Shown piece by piece: positions 28,840 through 42,830 of a stretch of 64,000 bases of DNA. The notes under the pieces were generated by a model. That model was given only the letters and a program-made list of their open reading frames with translations. It had not been told where the DNA came from and made no database searches. A program made the translations under genes and the position numbers. Origin of the DNA: the human T2T-CHM13v2.0 reference genome, Homo sapiens; assembly GCF_009914755.1 (NCBI RefSeq), contig NC_060932.1, one strand, 5' to 3'. Each line of letters starts with the position of its first letter. Within the stretch, counting starts at the first letter, position 1.

Positions 28840-29058
28840 CGCCTGTCTGCAGGGTTCTCACTGCCGTTTCTGCCTGACAAACTCCTACTTATTCAACACC
28901 TCCCAGCTCACACTCAACTTCTCTGCAGAAGCTTCCAATTCCTTATCCCGCCTGTCTGCAGGGTTCTCACTGCCGTTCCTGCCTGACAAACTCCTACTTA
29001 TTCAATACCTCCCAGCTCACACTCAGCTTCTCTGCAGAAGCTTCCAATTCCTTATCCC
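28840..29058. repeat. 109-bp tandem duplication (2 copies)
   Basis: cgcctgtctgcagggttctcactgccg...ttccaattccttatccc repeated with 3 visible mismatches. Confidence 0.95.
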
Positions 29059-29213
29059 TCTGCCAAAGTTACTTGTTCTCTTCTCTGAGCTGTTTTGCAC
29101 TTTGTTCATGCTTTGGGTGGTAGTTTTGAAGTCGGTCCTCCCGTGGTGACTTCTTCAGGGCAGCCTGTGCACCATGTGTTTTTAATTCCACAGTGGCCCG
29201 GGTTCCCCTAGGG

Positions 29214-29739
29214 CAGGGGGTCCCCAACCCCCCAGGCCATGGACCACTATCTGTCCCTGGCCTTTTAGGAGCTGACCTGCACAGCAGGAGGCGAATGGTG
29301 GAGGGCGAACAAGTGACGCTTCCCCTGTATCTACGACTGCACCCCATCACTCGCATTACCACCTGAGCTCTGCCTCCTGTTAGATCAGCAGTGACACTAT
29401 ATTCTCATAGGAGCTCAAACCCTGCTGTGAACTGCGTATGTGCGAGATCTAGGTTGTGCGCTCCTGCTGAGAATTTAATGCCTGGTGATCTGCCACTGTC
29501 CCCCATCATCCCCAGATGATACCATCTAGTTGCAGGAAAACAAGCTCGGAACTCCCACTGATTCTGCATGACAGTGAGTTGCATAATTATTTTATCTTAC
29601 AATGTAAAAATAATAGAAATATAGTGCAGAATAAATGTAATATGCTTGAATCATCCTGAAACCATCTCCCATGCCCTGTCCATGGAAAAATTATCTTCCT
29701 CAAAACTGGTCCCTGGTGCCAAAAGATTGGGGGCTGCTG
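29214..29739 (+). mobile_element. MER1A hAT-Charlie MITE, full length
   Basis: caggggtccccaacccc...ttgggg.ctgctg terminal inverted repeats, ~526 bp, perfect 8-bp TSD ccctaggg. Confidence 0.92.
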
Positions 29740-30139
29740 CCCTAGGGCGTTGTTTGTGACCTTGTCAATGGCTCGATGGTGCCAACAAAGGTGACAGCTC
29801 CTCACAAACAATCTATGCACACTGATTACTCTGTAGAGCCCTGGAGGGTCTTTGAGTGGTTTCACATGTGCCGAATAATAATAATAATAGCAATGAAAAC
29901 TTCAGATTGATATCGTAATATTATATTGTACAATATTATATGATGTACCAGCTGAATCAATGAATTTGGTGCATGCCCAACTTAAAATGCTTTCATTTCT
30001 CTTTCATATTCAGGAAAACGTAATGGACATTACATTCTTTAGAAAAATGATTAAACATCTAATAGAAATCTAACACATTAAAATAGTTTTTAAAATGTGT
30101 TCTGATGATATTTCTCATCATAATATAATTGAATGCCTA

Positions 30140-30302
30140 CTCGGCAACAAAGCAAAATGAAACAACAAAAACAAAAATGACAAAGAAGAGCAAAAAAAGA
30201 GACAAAGACAAAAAGAAAAAGAAGGGGAGGAAAGAAAGAAATAAGTGAGGAAGGGAAAGGGGAAGGAAGGAAAGAAAGAAAGAAGAAAAGAAGAAAAGAA
30301 AA
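30140..30302. repeat. A/G-rich low-complexity tract
   Basis: caaaa/gaaaa/gaagg repeats. Confidence 0.85.
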
Positions 30303-31651
30303 TTGAACATTTTGGCCTATGCACAACTCAAAGTTTCATAGATCACTCTGGTTACAAACCACTTATAGAGAGACTTAAACACTTCTGAATATTATGACTA
30401 GTCTTTAAAAACTAAAATTCGACGGAAGCATTACCATTTTTGCTATGCCAGAACTGTGTGCAATGATAATGAAAACATTAAAAAGTAAAATTAAATGTTA
30501 TATTTTATATAATGTGTGTGTGTGTAAATCAGCCATTAGCTTTAGGAACTTAAAATATTTAATGGAAGCAAACAGTGTTGTGTTTCATCATACCGAGTAA
30601 ATCTGTTCTTAAGATAAACAATTATGATTACGATTTGGTGTCAGATGAAAGTAGATAATTTTTACAAATGCCTAAATTGATTTGTTAATTCTTGATTTTG
30701 TTTCTTAGGCAATTGAAGCTTAAGTGACTTGGTTTGTGTTGAAGTACGCATTGAAGGATTCTTTCAGACAGCACAAAATTCACCATTTTTTTTTTTGTCC
30801 TTGGGTAGGCTTGAGGGTCTATAGATAGGGCTTTGCTCTTTATATAAAATGAAATCAGCTCAGACACTCTTAAATACCGCTAATAAGTTACATATTCCTC
30901 TGCCTTTAATGCTTTACACATTAGTATAATCTGGAAGTGACAAGTGACTTTTGGAAATAATTCACTAATAAACTCTTTTTTACCTTAGAATGAGATTGTG
31001 AATCGTAGCATTTAACTTGGAACTGAATGTTACTGTTTAATTTCTTTAGCAGGCAGATGCTGAACTTTTCTTATTCCAATCTTGAAATATCTGACCTCTA
31101 AAACTCACCAGCTCAGAAAAGATTATCTTGGTATTAAAAGATTTGTTAGCTCTGTTTAAAAGGTCTATTTGCCGTCCTCACTGCATCTGTAAGCCTCCTG
31201 GGTAGGGGATTGTCGCTTCAGCGACTCTCTGACCTGTGCCCCTCTCTTCCGCCCTCTGGCTGTGATGCTAGTTTGACTTCATCACGTAGAAAAATTACCA
31301 CACGACTTGGACCCAGAGGGTCATAGAAGTGTCCTGTGTTCAACTTATTTTTCTACATCAGGTCTAGCTAAATTCCTTTGCAGTAAATCTTTGAATGACT
31401 ACTCTGAGAATTAATAGGTGGCATGTTATATTAAGAGATAGAGTTATTTCATTTCGGTCTGGTATATTTGTCTACAACTGCTGTTCAAAAGCTTTTGCAA
31501 AATGAGGACTGATGAAGCTTCTGTTAGAATTATTTTTTTCCTTGGGAATCATGAGAATTTAGTATAATTACTATTAATTTTTATCAGGTGCTTTGTTAAA
31601 AGTAGACAATTTTAGACCATGGCCACTTATTTTTTTCTTTAGAAAATATGT

Positions 31652-31987
<336 letters not shown>

Positions 31988-32526
31988 TTAAAATGAAAGA
32001 GTTGAATTAACACTCCTTTTTCTCAATCAAAAAACAAACCAATTTGATTAAATATAGATAGATAAGTGGAGACAGATAGATAGACACAGGTATAGATATA
32101 GACACCTTAGCTACATAATCCAGAAACTAGAGAGATTTGGCCAACTCTATTCCAACAGTGTCTTCAGTATGTTTACAATTAACTAGTATACTAGGAAGCA
32201 TTACAGTAATCACTTATACAAAGCTATACTTTCCAATCCAATATTGACTATAATGCATATTTTAAGTGAAAATGAATTAAGTCTGCTGTGAGAGTAAAAA
32301 TGTGAAGAGTTAATTTGAACAAAAAAAGGACAGTAGGACATTTTTAAAAAATGAATTATAGAAATAAAAGGAGCATGTAGTGATTTTTGTTTCAGAAGAA
32401 GGAAGACTATATTTCAGTGAAATTAGAAGAAAATGAAGATAATTATATACTCACCAGCAAAGGAAAGCTTCCCCAAAGAATTACAAAGTGAATAACACCA
32501 GCCACATGTCACAGAACAGGATTTTA

Positions 32527-33382
32527 TATCACCATAAAGCCAGTCCAGAGGTAACAGGTGCTGCACACATCACTGAGGTGTCACCCAGCAGCAGGTACAT
32601 CCCTAGAGGAATTATCAGATGGAGAGAAAAGTGAGCCCCAGAGCTGTCAGGATAGCTGCAGCCAGTTGAGGTGCATGAAACAGTCCCTGCTTTGTGCTCT
32701 TGTTGCAGGGCAAGCAAACCCAAAATTGGGGCTCAGCCTGGGAGGGTTCTAGGCTTCATCCAGGAAAGAATTCAAAGGTGAGCCAGTGGTGTTGATAACA
32801 ACTTTTATTGAAGTGACAATGCACGACAGCAGCAGAGGTCCTGCTCCTTGCAGAGCAGGGCGACCCCACAGGCCGTGTGCTGAGTGGCAGCTCAGAGGCA
32901 GTGCTGTGCTCAGAGCTACGCGCACTCATATTTGTGTTTTTGCTCATATTTCACGTGACTTCATTGAAGAGGACAATATTTGAAAGCATGGTCCCAGGAT
33001 GGCATTAGGATTTCTGACGCTTTACATTAAAAGTTTTATTTGCTCTTGATTCATGTTTTCAAAACAATTGATATACTCTGAGACTATTTATTTTGAGCAG
33101 AGAATGGACCCAGAAATACTTTTCACAAAGTTCAAACTGTTAATTATATGCTAATTAAGGGGCGGGTTATGCGTCAATTTCTAGACAAAGGGTGGGAACT
33201 TTCAGTGTTGCCACGGAAAGGGGCAGCAATTTGTAGGTGTTGCATGGCAACAGCAAACTGAGATGGCACTGGTGGGGTGTCTTGGGGAGAGGTGCCTTTG
33301 CATCTTCCCTGTTTCTGGCAGCTTTCAATCTGGTCTGGAGTCCAAGCCCTACTTTCAGATTCAAGTTCTGCTTCCTACCTCA
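32527..33382 (-). mobile_element. ERV1-class solo LTR (subfamily uncertain) carrying a ~200-bp foreign insert
   Basis: caggaaagaattcaaaggtgagcc...taattaaggggcgggttatgc...cttcctacctca end; left boundary approximate. Confidence 0.7.
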
Positions 33383-33763
33383 CTAGGAGTTAGATAAATA
33401 CTAGTTGAATCTTTGAATCAGTGGATAGGTGAATTACTACCTCCAAGGCCAAACTTAAGCATTGGGTTAAGGTTTTACATGAGACTATCAGAGGAAAATT
33501 TGTGCTGAATTTAATTAGAAAAATGGAAAAACAACAGCCCCATAAATATGTGAGCATTCCCCCAGGACACAGACAATCTGCAAAAACTAATAATGAAAGC
33601 TCCGCCCAGGAAAATTTGCCATAATTCCTATAAGTATTTGCCTCAGGTAAGGCAAGGTCTAACGAATCTTAAGAACTCAAATGGGACACTCTGAGATAAG
33701 GCAGTGCAGGGTGACCCACAGAGCCTTGTGTGCCGCCAGGGTTCTCTTGGGAAGATCAGGCAG

Positions 33764-33962
33764 ATAGATTTGGATATGTAGATATATAGTTATAGATATA
33801 GACAGAGCTATGCAGGTAGCTGTAGATACAGTGATAGAATAGAGTCATATGTGCAGATAGGGACAGAGATAGAGACACAGATATTTAATAGACACAGATA
33901 CAGAGACAGAAATAAAATAGAGATGAAGGTACAGACAGAGATACAGATGTAAATATACATAC
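33764..33962. repeat. Degenerate GATA/GACA/TAGA low-complexity tract
   Basis: agatag/agacacag/atacag iterations. Confidence 0.8.
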
Positions 33963-34593
33963 AGCTATTTATTTTCAAATTCTCTCTCACCAGCTTCCCC
34001 TGCTTATACCATTTTTCGAAGTACAGAAGACAATCTCGGCGTCTTTTCTTCAGGTCCTTTCTTGAACCACATTACAACATCTGAGATAGGCAACTAGAAT
34101 TCACTCTAACAAAGCCCTGTTGTCTGTTTTTCTCTCTCGTATAAGCAAAAGCCTGCTGCGTGCTGTTCCAGGCTGGGCACCTGTCAGCTGGACTGGTCTA
34201 GCATGTGAAGGACTCATTGTGCTGGAAGAATTTCAAAACCCACTTTCTAGGGTAGCAGAAGGCCACAGCCTCAGGTCATTAATGTGTAACCAGAGCACAG
34301 CAGGCTTTTGGAGTCCACAGCGAAGGGTGTACACCTGTGTGATGGGGACGTGGCTGCAAGGCACAGAGGCCTGGGGGAGACCCTGGAGACTCCTGAGTTG
34401 TGTGACATAAGGGTCAAAGCTGTGGATTCCTTAGCTGTTTAATAGAGACCAGCATTATTATCTCTTGGAATTGTTGTAAGCTGAAACAGCATAATTGCTT
34501 AGACAAATTGGAGTGCCAACTCTTGACTTCTTATCTTACTCCCTGTTCCTGCATGGGCATGAGAGCCTTTGTTATAAAAGAAAATACTGGAGG

Positions 34594-34874
34594 GGCTGGG
34601 CATGGTGGCTGACATCTGTAATCCCAGCACTTTGAGAGGCAGAGGCGGGCAGATCACTTGAGGTCAGGAGTTCAAAACCCACCTGACCAACATGGTGAAA
34701 CCCCGTCTCTACTAAAAATACAAAAACTAGCCAGGCATGGTGGTAGGCGCCTTTAATCCCAGCTACTCCTACTCAGGAGACTGAGGCAGGATAATCACTT
34801 GAGCCTCGGAGGCAGAGATTGCAGTGAGCTGAGATAGTGCCATTACACTCTAACCTGGACGACAAAGCAAGACT
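34594..34874 (+). mobile_element. AluS lacking its A-tail
   Basis: Complete dimer up to gcaagact, then non-Alu sequence. Confidence 0.93.
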
Positions 34875-35306
34875 TTGGAAATTGAAACACGACTTATAGG
34901 AATGATGTTAATGGAGCTTGGAGGCAGGAGAAGAAATGAATGGCACAAAGGAGGGGAGGAAGAGGACATTCTTGCCAGAGGAACCCGTGTCCTAAAGGGC
35001 CTCTCAGGGGAAGGGGCACAAGGTGTTCAGGAAGCAGCTAGTGTGCGTGACAGGCCGCCCGCCGGGGGCTGGGGGATACACAGGCCCCACCACGGACAAG
35101 CTGGGCAGGGCCTGGCACCATGATGTATTGTGCCCTGCTTAGCAGAGTGACAGGAACTTTAAACCACTTCATATAATTTAGGAAGCTTTCTGAAATGAGG
35201 ACGGTTGAGAGGAAAGGCATGGGGGAAAAAAAGGCAAATTTCTTGTCATATCATTAAAGCTTTCCAAGAGTCTCCAACATATCAAATTATTTGCATTGTT
35301 TACGGA

Positions 35307-35612
<306 letters not shown>

Positions 35613-38600
35613 AAACCCCCGTATTCTCTGCATTGTTTCTATTGCCATTTAAAAAATATTATACAACACAATTTTTTAGTTGGAATACATTTTCAGTTTC
35701 TTGTAAAGTATTTGAGTATTTCTGCATTTGATGAATGCCTGGATATTTTGAGTTTGCAACATTGTTTAACACATTAGCCAGCTTCAGTGTTTTATTTTCC
35801 AAATTACTTGTGTTTTTGCTCATATTTTCTAGTTGAAGAGGGTGACATTTCTACGCATAGTCCCAGGATGGCATTAGGATTTCTGATGCTTTAGTTTTTC
35901 TTTTTTTTTTTTTGCCCTTTATTCACATTTTCAAAACAATTCATGTGCTCTGAGATTATTTAGTTTGAGCAGAGAATGGACCCAGAAAGACTTTTTTCCA
36001 ACATTTTAACTTGGAATGTTTTTGGAATCACCTAAGATCTACCTATTAGCTAGCATTTACTTCCCAAAAGATTAAAGAAAATCCTGGAAAGCGTGTATTT
36101 TCCCAAAACCTTATTGAGAAACTTGCATGTCTTTAGTTTTTTAAAAATAGTTCATGAAATCAATTTTTCTGTGATTCTATCCAATTTTACCTTGACCACA
36201 CATTTATGTGAAATAAACTGGCATTTTTACATAGCCTGCAATCTTAAAAGTATAATGGCAATACAAATTAATCAATATTTAAGAAATGTATAGCCATATG
36301 TATACATGTAACATTTTTCAAATTTAATAGGAACAACAGTGATGTTATAAAACATCAGTTAACATTAAAGTATGTCTTGTCTTCTGTTGCTAAATCCTAT
36401 TACAGGTATTAAAATATTCATCTGACTTACTTAAGAAGGACTATTGATATATGTGTTTTCTAAAAGAAATTTTTGTCTTGAGAAAATGTCCACGTGGCCT
36501 GACCCAGTCAGCTTGTCATTGTTGAGTATGATTAGCTGTGTGTGGATGGGCAGTGGGGTGTATTTCCATGTCAGGTGCAATGCGATCTGGGAGATCTGCC
36601 TCCCCATTGCAAACCTGTCCTCACAGGTGTGACCAAACAGACGCGCATCTGTGTGTCTCATCTCCCTCAGCAGTACCAGGATACTCTGCCCTGGGATGGA
36701 GGTGGGGGCCCTGTGGTTCAAGGAGAGTCTGCAGCAGGTACAAGCTCCTCTGGCTTCTTCCTGCAGTGGGGGCTCCCCCAGGGGCAGGTCAGTGACTAAC
36801 CCCTGGTGAAAATTCCTAGGCCTTCAGGAAGGGTCTTTCTATAACCACATTTTGAAGGTCTCTTGTGGGGAATGAGTGGGGTGCAACTTGTCCCTAGGCT
36901 TATAAACAGACCCTTTTGAAATTACAGACATGTTTTCAACCCCTTAGAACATCATCACTATTATTTTTTTTAATTTTTGCTTCATCGAATATAAGTTTTC
37001 TTTTTGTTTTATAAATTAATATTGCTCTCCAATTTTGTTAATATTCAGACATCCAGATTTTTGTGGATAAAATAAAAATTTTGTGCACTGCTTACTGTAT
37101 TTTTGAAAAACTGATTTTGTTCTTAATGGGAAATTTTGCTTTCCAAGATAATAATAATTTTTTTATGGAAAACAAATGAAATGAATAATTCCCCCAGACA
37201 TAGTGATGGGAAGTTAAGTTTTACAGAATGAGGACCCTTGGAGCTGATTTCAAGCCACAGAAGCCTGTCGCTTATGGACACAGGTGACAGCCGGGGATCT
37301 GCTGTTATCGTAAAAGTAGAAAAGATTCTTTGGACATGAGCTACTTCTCAGGTCTAGCTGTTTAAGGAAAATAAACATTGCATCTCTTGTGATAAATATA
37401 TGAGTTACGACAGAATAATGACTTTTATTCACAGCTGTGATGTTTCCTGTAATATAAATAAGCAACAGCATGGCACTGCGGTCTACTTTTTGTAAAATAT
37501 TTCAATAACGCCTCTTTGAACAATCAGTTGGATCAAATCTTAACATGTATCAGTCTGATCTAATTGCTATATTAAATGTGGCATTTTTGTAAAATAATTC
37601 CTTTTGATTATATTTTCGAAATGTGTTCCAATCCATCATAGGATTTTAGAAAAAGCTCAGTAAATTGTTAAGTCCAACATTCTCATGTTAGAGAGTATGA
37701 AATTGAGACTTGGGTCACATAACTATTCATAGAAAATTTCAGATTTAGTAGTTATGTCAAAATTACTTGCCTCCTAATTATGTCGTCTCTTTCCATCAAT
37801 AATTATGATGTTCTTGAAACACGTAAATGTCAACAATGAACTCATATGATGGAGTCATATTGACTGAGAACATGTAAAGATCTATTTAACTATGAATTAT
37901 TGATATGAATGAAAAGTTGTACTAACGAGAAAATCTGTGTCTTTAAAACCTCAGTGGTTTCGTTTGCCCAGGTATTTTTCAGGCCTGGTTGCCATTTCCA
38001 TTTTGTTTTAACACACATAATTTCTGTACTTTAATCGTTACAGTACAATTTAACCCTTAAAACCGTTTTGGTGAAATAAAAATCTTGAATGTTTCCTCAT
38101 TTAGACTTGGATAATTATAGGATATGTATAAATTCACACATATATTTATAGAATATCCATGTATTTAATGTTAGGATATATATCATTTTATCAATATTTT
38201 ATAAGCTTCCTTTTGAAAGATTAAAATCATTTCTTCCAAATGAGTAATTTTTTTAAAAAAAAAACCTTATAATTCCTCCGACAGAATTAATTACTATTTA
38301 TATTTAAAATTAACCCTTTAATAATACATAAAACATTAGTAACAATATTTGACTTTGAGGCAGTAAAGTGGGTGCCCAAATGTCGAGGATAATCGTACAT
38401 CTTTTGATACTTTTAAATTTTTAATGTGCATTATTACCTTTTTGAATGAAATCAATTTTTGTATTAAAGTGAAACTCTTTTTAAAGTAATTCTATTAATA
38501 GCCCGTTCTTTAATTCCACTCCCTCTATGTCTTCATTTCACAGTTTCACGTGGAAAGAATAATGGCTGTGAGTGGCTGACTCGGGATGCTGGAGGAGAGC

Positions 38601-39496
38601 GTGGGTGACAGGTTGTGTTAGGCACTTCTCAGTGACCGAGCCAAGGGGCCGGGGCCAGGCTCCCGGTGGAAGAGAGGCCTCTGCCCGGTGCAGGGGACCA
38701 GGCACCAGGGTGATGAACAGCGGCCTTCTCCTTCCCTCTCTCCACCCTGCGCTGTGGAAAACTGATCCGGGGCTCTGGGTGTTTGATGATGGGGAAAAGA
38801 GGAGCCATCACCTCGACACACCCATGGGCAGGAACAGGAACCCTGCATAGGACCAGCCCATCTGTGCTCCTTACCACTGGGAGCACAAAGTCCACGGGAA
38901 GGATTTTCTGTTACAGAACAGCGTGTGCTGGGATTGGATGTGCTTTTCCCAGCTAGGAAAGCTGGCTTTGGCCTCCAGCGGAGGCTGTTAGGGTTTCGCC
39001 TTCTTCCTGCTGGATACCTCTTGCCCCACAGGAGCCACTCCCCAGCCAGGCCTCTGGCTGTCAGCTTTATGATTTTCTGAGGGAGGAACAGCAGGACATA
39101 TTTATCTTCAAAAAGGTCACAACTCATTTCTGAGTGTACGTTGACATGAAAAGTTGACATGATAATGACAGATATCTCATTATCCTGAATTCGGAATATT
39201 TTTCTTATCACTATTCCCTTATGAGAATTTTTCGTGTTGATGGTTATGTTTAGAAATAGCAAAGCGTCTCCTCTTCCTGTGTACCTACTTCTGGATTTTA
39301 TGATTCCTATGTATTTCTACTTTGTATGAATTAATTTTCCTCCTTAAAATGCATCCATCTCTGCCTGCAGAGGAAACGTGATGTTTACATACCCTTCATT
39401 GCCAATGTATCCCTTGACCCGATCAGAGTTCAGCTGTTGACATGGAGTTACCTTGTAACAGTTCATCTGAATTGTATCTTTAATCTCCTGGACTGC

Positions 39497-39501
39497 AAAA
39501 A

Positions 39502-39536
<35 letters not shown>

Positions 39537-39553
39537 ACAAATAAATAAATAAT
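39497..39553. repeat. (AAAT)n microsatellite
   Basis: ~14 units with one interruption. Confidence 0.95.
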
Positions 39554-42404
39554 ATTCCCATGTAATCTTTTGTCGTTAATACAGCTTCCGGCTGCTCAAA
39601 ATTATATTGGTGACTTAAAAGAAGTACCGGATGATGAGAAATCACTACACAATATTGTGATTGAAACTTGTTCCCTGTCAACAACTACAAGGCACAGAGA
39701 AACGTGACTGAGGAATTCTGAACTGTTGGAGGGTGTTGAGAGCAAAGCAACACTATTAATCATTGCATGATTCTGAAGTTATTTGACGTTGGGATGGAAG
39801 TGTTCATGTTTTTGGAATGACTTTTGAAAATAGAAAAAAATGTTTATTATCCAGTATTTCAACTCTCCTTTAAGGCATCAAAAATGTTTTAATAGAAATA
39901 ATTTATATTTCAAACACCAAGATGCTTTTCAATATTTATAACTTTTAAATACCTTGCAAAAATATAAAATAAGAGTGGGATCAGGAAAAGAGTTAAAGCA
40001 TTTCTAACTTTGAATCATTTTAAAATATGTTTACTTGGAGATCAATGAGCTCCAGAGAAATTCTCTCTCAAGATGTTCAAAGCTTTGAAGATATTATTGG
40101 CTATGAGGCACGGTGAAAGTATGCAGTACCTGTTCAATTACGAACCTGGCTCCCTAACAGGTCCTTATTGAAGAATGTTGATTTCATTTTCTAACCCGCA
40201 CATTCGTCTCATACCATCAAAAGGTAGCACCTTCTGCAGCTGCTTTCAGAAAAAATGCCAACAAACGCCAAGCAAATCACTGTTTTGATGAGATTTTATG
40301 CAGAAATTCTTAGGGCCCCAAGAAGACCTAGAGTAATTGTGGGTGGCATTTAGCTTTGAAAGTATTTCTTAAAGTGTATGATAATTTTTGCAAAGTAAGT
40401 GAAACATTTAGTCTTCCGTCATTATGATAAATTATATAATATGGGCATAAAATGGAACACATTTAATCTCACAAACATGCAATGGTATTGAAAATTGAAA
40501 TAGAGCTATTAACATTTAGGATTAGTGATTGTAAACAGTGGTGTGTTTTGACAGTAGTTTTGTTTACCTTTCTCTTTTTAAAAATGTTGCCTGTTTTTGT
40601 TCTTTTTTTCTTTTGGCTCTTCAGAATATTTATTCATTTTTCACATAGCATATGAAAGGGAAAGTGACTACTGAATTTAAAAATGAAATTTTTTTAGGAA
40701 TGCTGAAGTCTTTCAAAAGTTACTGAACATCTATTATATGCTAACTTCTGAAAAACTGAAGTTAAATCAGGTATGATCTTTACCACTATATTTCTTTTTC
40801 TAGCACACAGACATATATACATATGTATATGTCTCTCTGTGTGTATGTATATAATCACTTATTTCTTTGAACACTTATGTTCGTATATATGCAATGTGCT
40901 GAGCTGGACATTTAAGCAGCTTTACAAATAATGATATATTCAATAGTTCTATACACAAAGAGGTATAAATTATATGAACAGACAAAAAAGTTAACTGGCA
41001 ACCCCTAGAGTAAGCATTCCAACCAAAGATTTATTATGTTAATACAGAAAACTTCTCAAAATACTGCTATACCTTATTATGTCTTATATAGCAACTATTT
41101 TTTCCCCAAAAGCTATTTAGGCACCAGTAACAATATCTTCCTTCTCTTCCTCTCTTTTACTGTGTTTCTCTCCTCTATCTCTCCCCCCAGAGCCACTTCA
41201 CTGTAATGTCTCCTGAGATCCAGGGCAAATGAAGGACGGGAAAGCCCCCAAACCTTGTGGTCTGTGTCGACGCTGCCTCAGGTGTGCAGAAGATACAAGC
41301 AAATGCTGTGGCAGGTGCAAGCTCCCCGCCAGGTCTGCTCTGGCATAAACAGCAGCAAGGTTCTCAAGAAAGGAATTCTACAAGGATAGAGAAAAATACT
41401 GTCTAACACACTTAAGACTTTAGTTCAAAATGCTCTCACATATTAGAGTTCCTGTTGGAGATCCCTAGTCTTCTTGGCTTAGAATAGTTTGGTGGTGGGA
41501 TTGATGCCAGGCCAGTCACTGAGCCGGGTTGTGGAGGGAGCTTTGTTCCTGTGGGATTGGCCCCCGTGTGAATCTGTTCTGTGCTGGAGGCCCCTGCTTG
41601 ATCGGATCACGAGATTCCATTTTTCTCTTTCAAGCTACCCTTAGCTTTTAAGCCACTGCCTTTCCCCATCAACATCTTGGGCTAAAATGGAATTTATTAT
41701 TGAAATGTTGGTAAGTAAACATGCATCTGTTGTTCTTAAATCAGTGATTTTCTTCATAATGGTTTCCATGTACACAATAATCTTTCCCTATAAACTACAT
41801 TTATCCAAAAGGCACACACAGGTTTTTCTGTAAACAGAAATTGGGGCTGAGGTTTTGGGCAAAAAAAAAAAAAAAAAAAAAGAGATGGCCCTTCATCTTT
41901 CTTTCATTTCATGCTTCCAAAAGAACAATCATATCTCTTTATGTCTGCCTCACAGCGTCCTTTATTATTAACATCTGTCAGAAGTCACTGCTGTCTGTGT
42001 TCCATTCCTTGTGCTTTCATCTCTTCCACGTCTGCTGGATTCAGTTTATAGGTGCCTTCAGGCGCCCTACCCTAACAGTGCAGAAACAACAAAATCACCT
42101 TCATCTTTCTTAGTCATGCAACATTCTTTCTAGTTAGTATTTTATTCCTCACTTTTAAAATCCAGATTTAAATAAGTCAATTGCCATTGTCTTTATTTCC
42201 TCATCATCCCCTAATGTATCAACACACTGACATCAAGACCTCTTAATACAAAATCCAGTGGAATGCATTCTATGTTCTTTGCACACAATCTTGTTGGACC
42301 ATACAACTTTGTAAAACATCTTTTCTTGAACATTTCTTCTTCCTTGCTTTCAAAGATACAATTCTACTACTTTTGCTACAATTTCTCTGGGTATTATTTT
42401 CCTG

Positions 42405-42830
42405 CCTTTTTAAGTTTCATCGATTTGTAGCAATGGCACAAACATAAAGTATATACCTTTATGAGTTTCTACATATGTATTCACCATAAATCCAGAAAAT
42501 TAACATATTCATCACCCCAAAATCGTTTTCTCATACCCGTCTTCCTTCCTCTTCAACCACAATCTTATTTTCATCAGTAAAGGTGTCTTTGCATTTTCTA
42601 AATCTGATATAAATGCAATTATACAGTAAGGCACTCTTTTGTGTCTAGCTTCTACACTGACTCTATTTACTTTGGGATTTATTTATGTTGTTGCAGATAT
42701 CAGTAATTTGCTCCTTTTTATTTTTGAATAGTATTCTATTGTATGGCTATGTTATGAAATTTTAATCCACTTATTTGTTGATAGATCTTTGAGTCGTTTC
42801 CTGGACAATAACTTTTAAGGCTGTCCTTAA
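42405..42830 (-). mobile_element. Old L1M 3' fragment inside L2-like sequence
   Basis: aacatattcatcaccccaaaa...gaatagtattctattgtatgg. Confidence 0.65.

Noticed and set aside
38618-39262. 214-aa - strand ORF
   Set aside because: Non-ATG start, no recognisable domain, and it straddles AT-rich and GC-rich blocks
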